Positions 60,452-64,000 of a stretch of 64,000 nucleotides of DNA are shown in pieces. Source of the stretch: Malacoraja senta (taxonomy: Eukaryota); assembly GCA_038087875.1 (NCBI GenBank), contig CM075989.1, positions 4,712,001 to 4,776,000 on the forward strand. The letters run 5' to 3'. The notes beneath the pieces are model-generated. The model worked only from the letters and a program-made list of their open reading frames with translations, was not told the origin of the DNA and ran no database searches. Positions within the stretch are counted from its first letter, which is position 1. Each line of letters opens with the position of its first letter. The position numbers and the translations under genes were made by a program.

Positions 60452-62324
60452 TGAAGATACTTTTGGTCTCCTCATTTATATTATTAGCCAGCTTACCTTC
60501 ATATTTTCTACCCTTATTGCTTTTGTAGTTCTGTTGGCTTTTAAATGCTTCCCAATGCTCTATCTTCCCGCTAATCTTTGCCATGTTAGGGTCTCGTTCC
60601 GAAACGTCACCCATTCCTTCTCTCCAGAGATTCTGCCTGTCCCGCTGATTTACTCCAGCAGTTTGTGTCCACCTTCGATTTAAACCAGCATCTGCACTTC
60701 TTTCCTACACATTTTGTCCGCTCCTTTGCCATATTATAGGCCTTTGCTTTTGCTTGTATGCTGTCTTTAACGTCCTTTGTCAGTCACGGTGACCTCATTT
60801 TTCCCTTCGTATATTTCTTCCTCTTTGGGTTGAAAAGGTCCCGCGTCTTCTGAATTACTTCCAGAAACTCCTGCCATTGCTGCTCCACTGTCATTCCTGC
60901 TCGGGTCCCTTTCCAATCAACTTTAACCAGCCCCTCCGTCATGCCCCTGTCGCTGCCTTCACTCAACAGTAATTCTGGTACATCTGATTCGGCTTCTCCC
61001 TCTCAAACTGCAGTTTGAATTCTATCATATCATGGTCGCTTCCTCCTAGTGTTTCCTTTACCTTAAACACCGGAATCAAATCTGGTTCATCGCACAACAC
61101 CAAATCTAGAATTACCTTTTCCTTAGTGGGCTCGATCATGGGCTGCTCTAAGAAGCCATCTCGTAGGTATCCTACAAATTTCTTCTCTTGGGATCCAGTA
61201 CACTTCGGGTTCTGTACACCAAGTGTAGTTTGTGAATTATTTAGCCCTCGAATACAACAGTACCAGCCAAATTTTCCCCGTCTACCTGGGCAGCCACGGT
61301 GGCACAGCGGTAGAGTTGATGCCTTACAGCGCTTGCAGCGCTGGAGACCCCGGTTCGATCCAGACTACGGATGCTGTCTATACGGAGTGTGTACGTTCTT
61401 CCCATGACCACGTGGGTTTTCTCCGAGATCTTCGGTTTCCTCCCAAGCTCCAAAGACGTGCAGGTATGTCGGTTAATTGGCATGGTGTATGTGTAAATTG
61501 TTCCTTGTGTGTGTTAATGTGTGGGGATCGCTGGTCAGTGCAGACTCAGTGGGCTGAAGGACCTGTTTTCGCGCTGTATCTCTCAAACTAAAAAAAACTA
61601 AAACTACCTGCATATTGAAATCCACCATCACCATGGGACCCTTCTTCGTCATTTACCCTAAGCCTAAAGCATTTAGATGTCATGTCTTCAACTATACACT
61701 GCATCTCAAAACTATAGTTTCTGAATAAGTCAGCACTATTTATGCTCATCTTATCTTTAAGGAGCTGCTCCATGTAGTTATTTTAAAGTTCATTGTTTTT
61801 TGGGTTATGAGTTTCACTGACAGTGCCAACATTTAGTGTTCGTCCTGAGTTGCCTTGACAAGGTGGTGGTGAACCATCTTCTTGAACCTCAACAGCTCTC
61901 TGAGGCTCCCAGCGGTGAAGATGATGCCTAAAGACAACAACACAAAATGGCGGTGTATGACCAAATCAGGGTTGTTTGTGGCCTGGAGCTGAATTTGGAA
62001 ATAATAGGAGAGCTCGTACATCAGTGGTGAGTCTATCGAACAAGTCGGGTGTATGGAAGGCCTTAACTGTATGCAGCAGGAAACACTTTGGGTTCTCTCA
62101 GACCATTTAACACTGCGCACTGTTAGGGCCTTCAATAAACCAATTTGTTCAATAGACTCACCACTGGTCTATGAGCCGTTTAATTTTATGTCTGTGCCTA
62201 TCTGAGTAAAGCCAGATACAGGGTAGGGTGGAGCACACAATTCTTGTCTTCATATTGATATTAATCATTTAAAAGAGAGATTTGTAAAAACAGACAGCAG
62301 AACAGGTTACATGAAGCTGTACCT

Positions 62325-62750
62325 AAACCTGGTGGGACGTGCTTTCAAGCTTGTGTATCTTCTGCCCGATGGGAGATAGAATAAGAGGGACTGACCAGGG
62401 TGGAAAAGGTCCTTGATTGTGTCAATTGTATTTCCAAGGCATCGTGAAGTGTAGATAGATTTGATGGTGGGGAGTCTGGTCTATATGACGGTCTGGGCTA
62501 CATCCACTAACTCTCTGAAATTTCTTGCAGACTTGGGCAGTGGTGTTGCCAAACCAAGCTGTGATTCATCCTGCTAGGATGCTTTCTACATTGCATCTGT
62601 AGGAGTTGATGAGAGTAATTGGAGTGATACCAAACCAGCCTGTGATGCAGCCCGGCAGGATGCTTTGTGCGGTGCTTCTGCAAAAGCCGCTAAAGTCCAT
62701 TAGAAATATGCTGAACTTCCTTAATCTTCTGAAGAAGAGGAGTTTTAGTG
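62325..62750 (-). mobile_element. Rex1/Babar-like fragment
   Basis: LFFRRLRKF...SILPGCITGWFG...VESILAG, with an internal duplication. Confidence 0.7.
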
Positions 62751-62952
62751 TCATCCGCAAATTTGTCAACCAATCTCAATCTAATGAAATCTGTTCAAAA
62801 AGTCTGAGGCAAGCGAGTTTTAAGATGCAGTTCAAAGTTATACCTTCTTTACTTGCACCATTAATACACTCTGAATTTTCCCTATCATCCTATTTGTCAT
62901 TTAACCTCCCCTTTCCAATGAAACATGATTATTATCGAGATGTCCACAGTGT

Positions 62953-64000
62953 ACATAGATACATAGATACATAAAAAATAGGTGCAGGAGTAGGCCATTC
63001 GGCCCTTCGAGCCTGCACCGCCATTCAATATGATCATGGCTGATCATCCAACTCAGTATCCGTACCTGCCTTCTCTCCATACCCCCTGATCCCTTTAGCC
63101 ACAAGGGCCACATCTAACTCCCTCTTAAATATAGCCAATGAACTGGCCTCAACTACCCTCTGTGGCAGAGAGTTCCAGAGATTCACCACTCTCTGTGTGA
63201 AAACGTTTTTTCTCATCTCGGTCTTAAAGGATTTCCCCCTTATCCTTAAGCTGTGACCCCTTGTCCTGGACTTCCCCAACATCGGGAACAATCTTCCTGC
63301 ATCTAGCCTGTCCAACCCCATAAGAATTTTGTACGTTTCTATAAGATCCCCTCTCAATCTCCTAGATTCTAGCGAGTATAAGCCAAGTCTATCCAGTCTT
63401 TCTTCATATGAAAGTCCTGACATCCCAGGAATCAGTCTGGTGAACCTTCTCTGCACTCCCTCTATGGCTATAATGTCCTTCCTCAGATATGGACACCAAA
63501 ACTGTACGCAATACTCCAGGTGTGGTCTCACCAAGACCCTGTACAACTGCAGTAGAACCTCCCTGCTCCTATACTCAAATCCTTTTGCTATGAAAGCTAA
63601 CATACCATTCGCTTTCTTCACTGCCTGCTGCACCTGCATGCCTACTTTCAATGACTGGTGTACCACGACACCCAGGTCTCGCTGCATCTCCCCTTTTCCT
63701 AATCGGCCACCATATAGATAATCGTCTGCTTTCCTGTTTTTGCCACCAAAGTGGATAACCTCACATTTATCCACATTATACTGCATCTGCCAAACATTTG
63801 CCCACTCACCCAGCCTATCCAAGTCACCTTGCAGTCTCCTAGCATCCTCCTCACAGCTAACACTGCCCCTCAGCTTAGTGTCATCCGCAAACTTGGAGAT
63901 GTTGCCTTCAATTCCCTCATCCAGCTCATTAATATAAATTGTAAATAGCTGGGGTCCCAGCACTGAGCCTTGCGGTACCCCACTAGTCACTGCCTGCCAT
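62953..64000 (-). mobile_element. CR1 LINE 3' part, running off the window
   Basis: 318-aa open RT C-terminal frame and (TATCTATG)n tail. Confidence 0.95.

Overview
Repeat-saturated vertebrate genomic DNA with no recognisable host protein-coding exon. The repeat inventory points to a cartilaginous fish, probably a skate or ray (inference). Retroelements include a full-length CR1 LINE (2322-7094, esterase ORF1) plus truncated CR1s, the 3' end of a Gypsy LTR element, and a BEL/Pao element (34146-47726) carrying nested hAT-like MITE, Helitron, CR1, Hero-like and L1 insertions. Also present are Penelope-like (GIY-YIG) fragments whose terminal repeats carry minimal hammerhead-ribozyme motifs (about 10 copies, one as a 200-bp palindrome), a teleost-looking L2, Rex1/Babar fragments and many tRNA-derived SINEs. 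DNA transposons comprise PIF/Harbinger foldback MITEs and non-autonomous Helitrons. The region has been rearranged repeatedly: a 2-kb tandem duplication, an inverted duplication, a segment present in three copies (one with the full BEL provirus, one with its solo LTR at the same site), and several small locally templated insertions. Coordinates were read by eye and may be off by a few bases. Family names come from motif recognition, not database searches.
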